64,000 nucleotides of DNA from NCBI GenBank assembly GCA_950097015.1, contig CATNEN010000001.1, positions 24,118,001-24,182,000 of the forward strand, given 5' to 3'. A program made the translations under genes and the position numbers. Origin of the DNA: Macrostomum hystrix. Lineage: Eukaryota; Animalia; Platyhelminthes. This document shows positions 37,911 to 48,195 of the stretch, one piece after another. The notes beneath the pieces were generated by a model that saw nothing but the letters and a program-made list of their open reading frames with translations, was not told where the DNA came from and ran no database searches. Position 1 is the stretch's first letter; every line of letters begins with the position of its first letter.

Positions 37911-40900
37911 TCAGGCGCGACGCTGACTAAACGCGGGACTACTTGGCGGCGGCTGCTGCTGCTGCTGCTGCTGCTGCTGAGCTGTGCCACCGGCGAAGTC
38001 GCCAAACATTGGACCACTGGACACAGCCGACTGCATACCGAAGCCTCCGCTGCTAGCGGCACCGGCTGCGCCACCGCTGCCGAAGCTGCCAAAAAGGCCG
38101 CCGCCGCCTCCACCGCTGCCCACGACAGGCGAGCCGGTGACGGGGCCGGCAAACGGAGACGCGAACTGAGGAGCCGAGTTGAACAATCCCGCTGCGGTGC
38201 TGGCAGCTCCGCTACCTCCGCTGAACAGTCCGCCACCGCCGCCACTGCTGCCGCCGCCGCCGCCGAACAGCCCAGCTGACGCTGGTAAAGTTGGCGACTT
38301 TGACGCTGTAGCGTTGCTAAGGACGCTAGTGCCGGAGAACAAGCCGCCGCCGCTTTTAAATCCGCTGCCACCGCCGAAGACGCTGCCTCCGCCAAAAGGA
38401 TTCGCGCCAGCGGATCGGGAAGAAGCTGATGATGAGAACAGGCCTCCGCCTTCACCGCCTCCGCCGAAGACGCCAGCGCCCACAGTGGCGGAACTAGCGC
38501 CGAAAAGGCCACCAGTAGAGCTGCCACCAGTGGATAGGGCAGAGAACAGACCCCCAACGTCACCAAGAGATTGTTGCTGACCGCCGTGAGAACTTGACGG
38601 GGAGGCTGACGAGAACAGGCCTCCAGAACCAGCACCGGTGGTTGCTGGAGCTGAGAACAGGCCACCAGAACCAGCACCGGTGGTTGCTGGAGCAGCTGAA
38701 AACAGGCCGCCAGAACCAGCACCGGTGGTTGCTGAAGCTGAGAACAAGCCACCAGAACCAGCACGGGTGGTTGCTGAAGCTGAGAACAGGCCACCAGAAC
38801 CAGCACCGGTGGTTGCTGAAGCTGAGAACAGGCCACCAGAACCAGCACCGGTGGTTGCTGAAGCTGAGAACAGGCCACCAGAACCAGCACCGGTGGTTGC
38901 TGAAGCTGAGAACAGGCCACCAGAACCAGCACCGGTGGTTGCTGGAGCTGAGAACAGGCCACCAGAACCAGCACCGGTGGTTGCTGAAGCTGAGAACAGG
39001 CCACCAGAACCAGCACCGGTGGTTGCTGAAGCTGAGAACAGGCCTCCAGCACCAGCACCAGTGGTTGCTGGAGTAGCTGAGAACAGGCCACCAGAACCAG
39101 CACCGGTGGTTGCTGGAGTAGCTGAGAACAGGCCACCAGAACCAGCACCGGTGGTAGCTGAAGCTGAGAACAAGCCACCAGAACCAGCACCGGTGGTTGC
39201 TGGAGCTGAGAACAGGCCACCAGAACCAGCACCGGTGGTTGCTGGAGTAGCTGAGAACAAGCCACCAGAACCAGCACCGGCGGTTGCTGGAGTAGCTGAG
39301 AACAGGCCACCAGAACCAGCACCGGTGGTTGCTGAAGCTGAGAACAGGCCACCAGAACCAGTACCGGTGGTTGCTGGAGCAGCTGAGAACAGGCCACCAG
39401 AACCAGCACCGGTGGTTGCTGAAGCTGAGAACAGGCCACCAGAACCAGCACCGGTGGTTGCTGAAGCTGAGAACAGGCCACCAGAACCAGCACCGGTGGT
39501 TGCTGAAGCTGAGAACAGGCCACCAGAACCAGCACCGGTGGTTGCTGAAGCTGAGAACAGGCCACCAGAACCAGCACCGGTGGTTGCTGAAGCTGAGAAC
39601 AGACCACCAGATCCAGCACCGGTTGTTGCTGAAGCTGAGAACAGGCCACCAGAACCAGCACCGGTGGTTGCTGAAGCTGAGAACAGGCCACCAGAACCAG
39701 CACCGGTTGTTGCTGAAGCTGAGAACAGGCCACCAGAACCAGCACCGGTTGTTGCTGGAGCTGAGAACAGGCCACCACCAGTAGCTGCACCAGAGTTGGA
39801 AAACAGGCCACCACCTGCTCCAGGAGTAGTCGCAGGTGTAGAAAACAAACCACCAGTACCTATAGAGGTAGTTTTCTGCGAAGAAAATATGCCCCCAGTA
39901 CTTGAGGTCTTTGCAGTTGTGGGGGCTGTGGCAGAAAACTGACCAGAGCTAGCTGCAGTTGTGGTGCTGGCAGAAAGTCGACCAGAGCCAGCTGCAGTTG
40001 TGGTGTTGGCAGAAAGCTGACCAGAGCCAGCTGCAGTTGTGGTGTTGGCAGAAAGAAGACCAGAGCCAGCTGCAGTTGTGGTGTTGGCAGAAAGAAGACC
40101 AGAGCCAGCTGCAGTTGTAGGGGCTGTGGCAGAAAGCAGACCAGAGCCAGCTGCAGTTGTGGGGGCTGTGGCAGAAAGCAGACCAGAGCCAGCTGCAGTT
40201 GTGGTGTTGGCAGAAAGCAAACCAGAGCCAGCTGCAGTTGTGGTGGTGGCAGAAAGCAGACCAGAGCCAGCTGCAGTTGTGGGGGCTGTGGCAGAAAGCA
40301 AACCAGAGCCAGCTGCAGTTGTAGGGGCTGTGGCAGAAAGCAGACCAGAGCCAGCTGCAGTTGTAGGGGCTGTGGCAGAAAGCAGACCAGAGCCAGCTGC
40401 AGTTGTAGGGGCTGTGGCAGAAAGCAGATCAGAGCCAGCTGCAGTTGTGGTGTTGGCAGAAAGCAGACCAGAGCCAGCTGCAGTTGTGGGGGCTGTGGCA
40501 GAAAGCAAACCAGAGCCAGCTGCAGTTGTAGGGGCTGTGGCAGAAAGCAGACCAGAGCCAGCTGCAGTTGTAGGGGCTGTGGCAGAAAGCAGACCAGAGC
40601 CAGCTGCAGTTGTAGGGGCTGTGGCAGAAAGCAGATCAGAGCCAGCTGCAGTTGTGGTGTTGGCAGAAAGCAGACCAGAGCCAGCTGCAGTTGTAGGGGC
40701 TGTGGCAGAAAGAAGACCAGAGCCAGCTGCAGTTGTGGGGGCTGTGGCAGAAAGCAGACCAGAGCCAGCTGCAGTTGTAGTGGTGGCAGAAAGCAGACCA
40801 GAGCCAGCTGCAGTTGTGGTGGTGGCAGAAAGAAGACCAGAGCCAGCTGCAGTTGTGGTGTTGGCAGAAAGCAGACCAGAGCCAGCTGCAGTTGTGGTGG

Positions 40901-43900
40901 TGGCAGAAAGCAGACCAGAGCCAGCTGCAGTTGTGGTGGTGGCAGAAAGCAGACCAGAGCCAGCTGCAGTTGTGGTGGTGGCAGAAAGCAGACCAGAGCT
41001 AGCTGCAGTTGTGGTGTTGGCAGAAAGCAGACCAGAGCCAGCTGCAGTTGTGGTGGTGGCAGAAAGCAGACCAGAGCCAGCTGCAGTTGTGGTGTTGGCA
41101 GAAAGCAGACCAGAGCCAGCTGCAGTTGTGGTGTTGGCAGAAAGCAGACCAGAGCCAGCTGCAGTTGTGGGGGCTGTGGCAGAAAGCAGACCAGAGCCAG
41201 CTGCAGTTGTGGTGTTGGCAGAAAGCAGACCAGAGCCAGCTGCAGTTGTGGGGGCTGTGGCAGAAAGAAGACCAGAGCCAGCTGCAGTTGTGGGGGCTGT
41301 GGCAGAAAGAAGACCAGAGCCAGCTGCATTTGTGGGGGCTGTGGCAGAAAGCAGACCAGAGCCAGCTGCAGTTGTGGGGGCTGTGGCAGAAAGCAGACCA
41401 GAGCCAGCTGCAGTTGTGGGGGCTGTGGCAGAACACTGGCTAGCAGAAGCAGTCATTGTGGCTGAGACGAATAGCGCACTAGCAGTGGGCGCTTTAGCCG
41501 AAGATTCCAAGCCAGCCAAGAGTCCGCCTGCAGAAGCCGCAGCAGCAGAAGCGCCATTGCTCCCAGACCTGGTAGTAGGCGGGGTGGCCAACGATCCATC
41601 AGCACTAGGAGTTTTATTTGATGCCACCGGAGGTGTAGACAGCAGTGCGCTAAGCGTAGAAGCTTTGGTTGTTTGGTTGCTAGGCGCAGTGCCAGGCGCA
41701 GAGGTGGTCACTGAACTGCTTAAACCTGAACTTTTGGCTTCGCCAGAAGGAGCAATGAGACCCGGTACAGTGGAGGCAGGTGGAGGCGCAGTCGATAATG
41801 GCTTAGAAGCGGGGCTCGTTGAAGGCCCAGAAGCAGCGGCAGCAGGTTTTGCAACACTCGTTTGTGTAGCTTCAGCCGAACACAAGGCTGGAGCTTTGAG
41901 GCCGCCGACTGGGCCGCCAATTCCGGGACTGCCAGGCTGCGGGTTAGCAGCGGGGGAGGCGGCTGGCTGCTGCAAAAGCAGACTGCTTAACAGGTTGCTG
42001 ACGGGTGGCGCAGCGGGAGAAGGCGAACCCGACGGCTTCGGCGGAGTTTCTGCAAGCCGACGTCTGGCAACCTGGTGGACAATCGAGTGAACCAGCACGT
42101 CGGAGCTTGGCGAAGCCGATGACGCCGCAGCTGAAGCTTTCTTCTTGGGCGTCAGCTCCGGCGCAGGCGGCAGCTTAGTCGGCGAAGCGGCGGATGCGGC
42201 GGGTGATCGTCTAGGCGTCACTCGGCTTTTCTGCATAATCAAAGGCGACGTAGTTGACACGGAGGTCTGCTCAAACTCGCGCTCCAACTCGTCCAGCAGG
42301 TCCGTTGTCGGGGTAAATTTTGTGGCGAAGTCACCGGCATTGGCCTGCCGCGCGGCATCAACACGGAGTGCGGCGAAGCGGTTCATGAGCTGGTTCATAG
42401 CCTCCTCCTGCTGCTGGATGATGCGGTAGTTGGTGCGAATGGTTTGGTAAACAGAGTGCATAGGCGGCACCCGTCTCTGATGGATCAGTTGGCGCTGGTT
42501 CCTGGATGTGGCGGTTAGGCGAGAGTCCAGTATTTCGTGCAGATCAGCTGCCGAGGTTTCCAGACGATGCAGTTTGGCCTTGATGGCGATGATGCGGCTG
42601 CGCAGAGCTGGGTCCATGCTGGCCAGGCCGCCAGCCGCCAGCATCAGTCGGCGAGACTTGGCGTCGCGCTGAACGGCCAAAAGCGAGCTGGCGTACTGCT
42701 CCGCAGCGGCTGTCTCGAATATCGCCGCCTTCTGAGCTCTCAGCTCGGCGCTGATCTCGGCTAGAGTCTCGGGCAGGCCAGGCGAATGCTGCAGGGTTGT
42801 CTCCAACTGCCGGATGAAAGCTTTGGCAGCCTTTTGCGTGTCGAAAGCGGCCCGCTTAGCTAGCACTTCCTCGTTGGCTGCTTTAGCTGCGGCAATGTCA
42901 TTATGCAGGGCTAAAATCATGGCAGATATCTCACTATCTGGGTCAATGATTGGCTTCAGTGGCTGTGGCGGTCTCTGCTGAGGCTGCGGCTGCTTCAAAG
43001 CTCGAGCATGATGAATCGTGGACTGCTGGGGCGACGGCTTTTGTTGCAGTGGCTGCTGTTGCTGCGGCAGCTGTTGCAGTGGCTGCTGTTGCTGCGGCTG
43101 CTGTTGCTGCGGCTGCTGCTGCTGCGGCTGCTGTTGCAGTGGCTGCTGTTGCTGCTGCTGCTGTTGCAGTGGCTTTTGTTGCAGTGGCTGCTGTTGCTGC
43201 GGCTGCTGTTGCAGTGGCTGCTGTTGCAGTGGCTTCTGTTGCTGCAGCTGCTGTTGCAGTGGCTGCTGTTGCTGCGGCTGCTGTTGCTGCGGCTGCTGTT
43301 GCTGCGGCTTAGTTGGAGTCAGCGGCTTGGCTTTGACTGCAGCAGGCGCTGCTGTAAAAGTTGAAGGTGGAGTTGACATTTTCACTAAACTTAATGCCAC
43401 CGGCTGTGGCTGTAGAGGTGGTGGCTGCATGGGCAGCACAGCAGCAGCAGCGGATGACAGCGTGACTGGTTTAGGTGCCCGCGATGCTGGCTTGAAAGCG
43501 GTCGGAGTTCGAGTTAACGGCTGCCAGACCGATGCAGCTGAGGATGTTGAAGTAGGCGGGGGCACAACGGCAAACGGGCAGAGATAACCAGTGCTGGTGA
43601 CCGCATACACATGCAGGCCGGGTGCGACAGTTTCATCAGCGGTCACTGGCACAGGAGCCGAGGGCACAGCCGAGAAGGCCAGGCCCAGACAGAGCGAGTC
43701 TGTGCCATCGTTGGCAGCTGGAAGTGTCAGTCGCTTGCCATAAGGCGGCAGCAGTTCGCTCACAGCAGGCTCCTCACCCAGCAACTGCAACAGGCTGGAC
43801 TCAACCGAGGTAGACAATGCAGCAATGAGCAGAGACCACTGGGGCAGGTGGGCCAGGTGATAGAACACTGACCGACTGCCGGGCGGAACAAACGGCATAC

Positions 43901-44795
43901 CTATGTCGCCCAGATCGGTGTATACTGGCCTGCCGGGCTCCTTGGGACAGGCTAAGCAGCCACCGGAGCCGCCGATATTATCGTTGGAGCCGGCCAGAAG
44001 GAATCGAAATGTTGAAAGCCAGATAATGTTAGTGATGCCAGCTGACAGGTGAGCGCCAACAGCCATTGTGGCGTCAATCTTTCTCTTGCACGTCAGATTT
44101 AGATCGAACTGTTCCAGGTGAACAAAGCGCACCTGTTGGCCGCCATCTGACCTAGAGCCACAGAAGCATGCCACAAGCTGTTTGCCCTTGGGACTCCAGC
44201 AAGCCGCGGCTACTGGCCGATTCGACACTGAGCCAACTATTGTTAAACTGTCCGCGTCAGACAGCGAGTACAGACTTAAACTGCCGTCCGACATTAAACA
44301 GTAAAGACTGTCTGGCAGTTCAGGATTCCAGCCCAGCTGCCTGACCCACACATCTGGGCGCTGGGAGGCTCGGATTTCAAGGTAGGGCGCTGGTGGACTG
44401 GTCAGCTTGGCCGAGGAGAACCAGGCCAGCTCGTACAAACTGACGAATGCTCCACTGTTGCCCTGGGTGGCCACAGCTAGAAAGCTGCTATCAGCATTCA
44501 CAGCCAGTCCGCTGACTGCACCTTTGGACACTGGAACAATGGCGCGGAATGCGAAGCCATTAATCAGCTGGGTGGAAGTTTTGTGCGTTCTCAAAGTGTC
44601 AGATTCAATATCCGCTGTGCTGGCGACGACAAAATCTGTTGACCGGGCAGCGATGACAAGGCCCTGGCCAGTGCAGGCCACTAGACTGGCTTGACCTAGT
44701 CTGGCTACAAAATCCTTTGGATAGCCGCTTCCTAGGCCAAGATCAATGCGGCCCAGAGACAGGCATTGCAGATTGTCAATGTCTTTGGTCTGCAT
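37911..44795 (-). CDS. NUP214: Nucleoporin Nup214/CAN-like, 2294 aa, single coding exon
   Basis: N-terminal beta-propeller with WNP and ACWSPKGKQL motifs, polyQ/P linker, coiled coil (VYQTIRTNYRIIQQQ), S/T/A/P-rich region, C-terminal GGLFS/FG repeats ending AFSQRRA. Confidence 0.92.
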   Translation of the reverse strand: MQTKDIDNLQCLSLGRIDLGLGSGYPKDFVARLGQASLVACTGQGLVIAARSTDFVVASTADIESDTLRTHKTSTQLINGFAFRAIVPVSKGAVSGLAVNADSSFLAVATQGNSGAFVSLYELAWFSSAKLTSPPAPYLEIRASQRPDVWVRQLGWNPELPDSLYCLMSDGSLSLYSLSDADSLTIVGSVSNRPVAAACWSPKGKQLVACFCGSRSDGGQQVRFVHLEQFDLNLTCKRKIDATMAVGAHLSAGITNIIWLSTFRFLLAGSNDNIGGSGGCLACPKEPGRPVYTDLGDIGMPFVPPGSRSVFYHLAHLPQWSLLIAALSTSVESSLLQLLGEEPAVSELLPPYGKRLTLPAANDGTDSLCLGLAFSAVPSAPVPVTADETVAPGLHVYAVTSTGYLCPFAVVPPPTSTSSAASVWQPLTRTPTAFKPASRAPKPVTLSSAAAAVLPMQPPPLQPQPVALSLVKMSTPPSTFTAAPAAVKAKPLTPTKPQQQQPQQQQPQQQQPLQQQLQQQKPLQQQPLQQQPQQQQPLQQKPLQQQQQQQQPLQQQPQQQQPQQQQPQQQQPLQQLPQQQQPLQQKPSPQQSTIHHARALKQPQPQQRPPQPLKPIIDPDSEISAMILALHNDIAAAKAANEEVLAKRAAFDTQKAAKAFIRQLETTLQHSPGLPETLAEISAELRAQKAAIFETAAAEQYASSLLAVQRDAKSRRLMLAAGGLASMDPALRSRIIAIKAKLHRLETSAADLHEILDSRLTATSRNQRQLIHQRRVPPMHSVYQTIRTNYRIIQQQEEAMNQLMNRFAALRVDAARQANAGDFATKFTPTTDLLDELEREFEQTSVSTTSPLIMQKSRVTPRRSPAASAASPTKLPPAPELTPKKKASAAASSASPSSDVLVHSIVHQVARRRLAETPPKPSGSPSPAAPPVSNLLSSLLLQQPAASPAANPQPGSPGIGGPVGGLKAPALCSAEATQTSVAKPAAAASGPSTSPASKPLSTAPPPASTVPGLIAPSGEAKSSGLSSSVTTSAPGTAPSNQTTKASTLSALLSTPPVASNKTPSADGSLATPPTTRSGSNGASAAAASAGGLLAGLESSAKAPTASALFVSATMTASASQCSATAPTTAAGSGLLSATAPTTAAGSGLLSATAPTNAAGSGLLSATAPTTAAGSGLLSATAPTTAAGSGLLSANTTTAAGSGLLSATAPTTAAGSGLLSANTTTAAGSGLLSANTTTAAGSGLLSATTTTAAGSGLLSANTTTAASSGLLSATTTTAAGSGLLSATTTTAAGSGLLSATTTTAAGSGLLSANTTTAAGSGLLSATTTTAAGSGLLSATTTTAAGSGLLSATAPTTAAGSGLLSATAPTTAAGSGLLSANTTTAAGSDLLSATAPTTAAGSGLLSATAPTTAAGSGLLSATAPTTAAGSGLLSATAPTTAAGSGLLSANTTTAAGSDLLSATAPTTAAGSGLLSATAPTTAAGSGLLSATAPTTAAGSGLLSATAPTTAAGSGLLSATTTTAAGSGLLSANTTTAAGSGLLSATAPTTAAGSGLLSATAPTTAAGSGLLSANTTTAAGSGLLSANTTTAAGSGQLSANTTTAAGSGRLSASTTTAASSGQFSATAPTTAKTSSTGGIFSSQKTTSIGTGGLFSTPATTPGAGGGLFSNSGAATGGGLFSAPATTGAGSGGLFSASATTGAGSGGLFSASATTGAGSGGLFSASATTGAGSGGLFSASATTGAGSGGLFSASATTGAGSGGLFSASATTGAGSGGLFSASATTGAGSGGLFSASATTGAGSGGLFSAAPATTGTGSGGLFSASATTGAGSGGLFSATPATAGAGSGGLFSATPATTGAGSGGLFSAPATTGAGSGGLFSASATTGAGSGGLFSATPATTGAGSGGLFSATPATTGAGAGGLFSASATTGAGSGGLFSASATTGAGSGGLFSAPATTGAGSGGLFSASATTGAGSGGLFSASATTGAGSGGLFSASATTGAGSGGLFSASATTRAGSGGLFSASATTGAGSGGLFSAAPATTGAGSGGLFSAPATTGAGSGGLFSSASPSSSHGGQQQSLGDVGGLFSALSTGGSSTGGLFGASSATVGAGVFGGGGEGGGLFSSSASSRSAGANPFGGGSVFGGGSGFKSGGGLFSGTSVLSNATASKSPTLPASAGLFGGGGGSSGGGGGLFSGGSGAASTAAGLFNSAPQFASPFAGPVTGSPVVGSGGGGGGLFGSFGSGGAAGAASSGGFGMQSAVSSGPMFGDFAGGTAQQQQQQQQQPPPSSPAFSQRRA

Positions 44796-45320
44796 GCAGC
44801 TGATTGGTCAAGAGGCTAGAAATATTTGATAAGCATATTAATGCTACTTTGTAATAGGCTTATCAAGTGCAAAAACAATTGTCATGTAAAGTTCTGCACA
44901 TTTATAATAATAGCTAAGATACAGTAGCAAAGTAACTTCACATAAATGAAAAACTTAATAGCAATTAGTTAGTGAACTTTAAAATAAAATTTAAGGGTTT
45001 CAGTTCCGATTGTTTACTTAGAAATAGTAGTGCATAAAATTATTATTATGAAAAACTCCAACTCATACAACTGAAATATTTTTGACACTAGTCTCATTTA
45101 AATTGCTGATTTAGATTAAACTGTTTAACTTGCTTTTATATATGGGTACACTATATAATAAAAAAGTGCCACTTGCACATGTCATTCAATTATTAATATT
45201 TTAATATTGGCTATTTATTACGACTGCCTGTTAGATGCACATAAAATTAAAATTAAAATTAAATAAAAAAAGTTGAAATGCACATATTTGCAAATTAAAT
45301 TGCAAGTAACACAAAATTTA

Positions 45321-45623
45321 TAATAATAATAATTGATTACACCTGCCCCAATTGGGTCAGATGTGCAGCCGACAGCATAGCCGCAGCTAATGCGCGGCGC
45401 ATCTGAAGGCTGCGTACAGCTGTTCAGTCCATGGACTGGGGGGATGCCACACCCACCTTCAATTATCCCAGCTGATGCAGGTACCCATTTAACAGCTGGG
45501 TGAACTGAAGCAATGCAGAGTTAAGTGTCTTGCTAAAGGATGCTAATTGTTCCAGTGGAGTCGGGAATCGAACCCCCAACCTTCAAGTCGTGAGTCCGAC
45601 GTCTTAACCACTAGGCTACAACC
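45321..45623 (-). mobile_element. tRNA-derived SINE with CORE-like central domain and (ATT)n tail
   Basis: Minus strand: A box TAGCCTAGTGG, B box GGTTCGATTCC, then CCTTTAGCAAGACACTTAACTC..TTCAGTTCACCCAGCTGTTAAATGGGTACC, ending ATTATTATT. Possible TSD aaaattta at 45313-45320 and 45645-45652. Confidence 0.85.
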
Positions 45624-48195
45624 TCTTGGTTGTAGCTTAGTTTTAAAATTTAGATTAGATTTAAATATAAATTTTAATCAGTAGCATTGGCAGTAAACAT
45701 TATGTAGAAGTTAATGTCACATGATTAAAAAAGTCTAGTTGAATTATAGCCAGCCATATAGCCAACAAAGTTTTTTTCATAAAGAAATCATTAACGATAT
45801 AAAAAGAATTCATGATACATATAAGCTTTCTTGGTCTATGGCAGAGCAGTTAACACATTTGCTGGTTACAGCAATGCCCCTAAGCTTGATTCCTAATTTC
45901 ATATCTGTATAGCAGATGACAAAATGCTTGGAATGGTTGGCAATCTCCTTGTGCCATAAAATAAGTATTAAAAAGTGTCATTAAAGTTTTTGTTATTATG
46001 GTCATGAGTGCTATATTCCATAGTCAGGATCACATTCTGTGCCAGAAATTTCTGGTGCACAATCAGGACACCTGACATACACTAAGTGCACACTTTGTGG
46101 CACACATCGGTGCATTATGGCATAGTATTACACTGAACTGAACTTTTTATTTTTTGTACTCCTGTATGCCAACTCATATAAATTATGATAAGGTGTATGC
46201 TAATAAACCATTTCAAAACATAAGAAAAATTTTAAAAATAGTATTTTTGAAAGCCAATCCAAAAGCAAAAAACACATTTAAATAGCATGTGTTTAAACAT
46301 TAGATTAAAAAATACAGAACATATTTTGTTTACCTAATTATCACGATCTTAAAAAAATCCGGCATATTTTATTTAAATATATTGATTTATTCATTTCACT
46401 TGCAACTTGGCACTTGCATATGCCCTTGCTTGGCACTTATTTGGCATATAGGCCACCTTTTGGACAATGGCACACAATACAAATCACCTAGTCACATGGA
46501 CTCACAGTGTTGCCTGCCTCAGGCTGATAGGATTAGGGAATAGGTGTAACTGGTGCACAACAGCATTTTTCCTAGTATAACTGACACACAAAAGCTCTTT
46601 TGGGGTGGCTTGACACACATACATACATAATCCTGACTATGGGCAGTGGGCCTAGGCAATATAGAAAATTAAATGGCTCTGCAACAGGGCATCAGAAATG
46701 CCATGCATAGCCCTGAATTTGGCCTTGACATAGGCCCATTGTGTTGGTGTAGAGTCTGTAGACTGTGGGGTTGTTGGGTCCACAAAATGCAGCTTGTGAT
46801 TTAAAACAGCATGGTTTTGCATTATTACAATTGCTGTTTAACTATTATAAGCACCCAATGACCCTCCCAGTAAGCAAAAATGTAAAATTAATTTGACATC
46901 ACAAACTAAGAGATTGCCAAATATTAAACAGGATAAAATGGTAGGCACATGACCAAGACTGCTATAGCTCTGAATGGCTCCATAGATAAGAGATCAGGTC
47001 ACCACATAAACCCATTTCTAATTAGCCAAGATTGGGGTAGAGAATGACTATTGCAATCCAAAGGATAGCAGAACAAGGGATAGCTCAGGCCTACTATCAT
47101 TTCATGAAAAGCTTCATGCCTCAAAAATGTGTAAATGAAAACAAAAAGATGATGTTTTAATAAAGGCTTGGCTAGGCCTAGCTTTTATTGTAAGTATAAG
47201 CACAAAGTTAGCATAGAGTTGGTTATGTATGTTTAAATAATATAAAAATAGTTTTCAGCCATGAGAACAAACAGAGCTCTTATAACAGTGAAGTCTTTCC
47301 TTACACATTTATGATTTATACATGCAATCTTAAACATTTAATATTTAAGGAAAGCAAGTCTTATTAGGCCTATCTCTCATTTCTCTAACAACAGATTGTC
47401 TTCCAATGAAAGTCTTTTAATTTTCGTTTTAAAAGCACTTGGCTTAATAATAGGCTACTAAGGGGCTTTAGATTTGAAATTGAATTACTCATTTGCCAGT
47501 AAACCTCCAAAAGACCCCCAGCCACCGCCAACCTCATATTTACCCACCCAAGCTGTCTAATAGAATATCATTAGTTATTCCCCCTGCATCCCCACCCCAG
47601 CTATAGCGGTCTTGGTATGTGGTGGTCTAGGTCCTACACCAAATGTAGGCTTAAGGAATGAAGTGTCTAATAAATATACAAATGGGTACTGACATGATTA
47701 TTTTTAATAGTAAAAGCTAGCTTAATAATGGAAACAAAAACGAAAATTTTCCTTTACTATAACCTAATATATAAGCAATTATACTGTAATACTCTTAGGT
47801 ACTCATTTTAAATGTACGACTTTTTATATTTATGCCATTTTTATATTGCAACGTGTTACCTTTCGTATTTATAATTGATTGCTTTTTAATTGTTATAATA
47901 TTTGTTTTAACGATGATATTAAATATATAATAGAATTAATATAGTCAATCAATAAGAGTTCGCGTTGATTCGGCTGCAGTTTGCACCAAGGTTCGAATAT
48001 CAGAAGATTTGAACGCGGCCTTCGACATGCTCTAATATTACAATACAGCTTTTTTCACAAGCTTTGTTGCTGGAAATGTAACATTATTGCCCCTTTCCCT
48101 CAAAATCTTGCGCTGATTAATTTAATTTATCTAGCCCTAACGGATTACTGTACGTAAAGCACCTAGTTTTACAGTATGCTTACGTTAAACTTGGT

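Noticed and set aside
37880-44694. Alternative-frame and antisense ORFs over Nup214 (also over RPL10A, the TLR and the recombinase)
   Set aside because: Shadows of codon-periodic repeats and GC-rich coding sequence, with no independent domain signal.
45550-45623. tRNA gene on the minus strand
   Set aside because: A and B boxes are present but the acceptor and anticodon stems pair poorly, and it runs into a SINE body and (ATT)n tail with a second decayed copy at 721-870.
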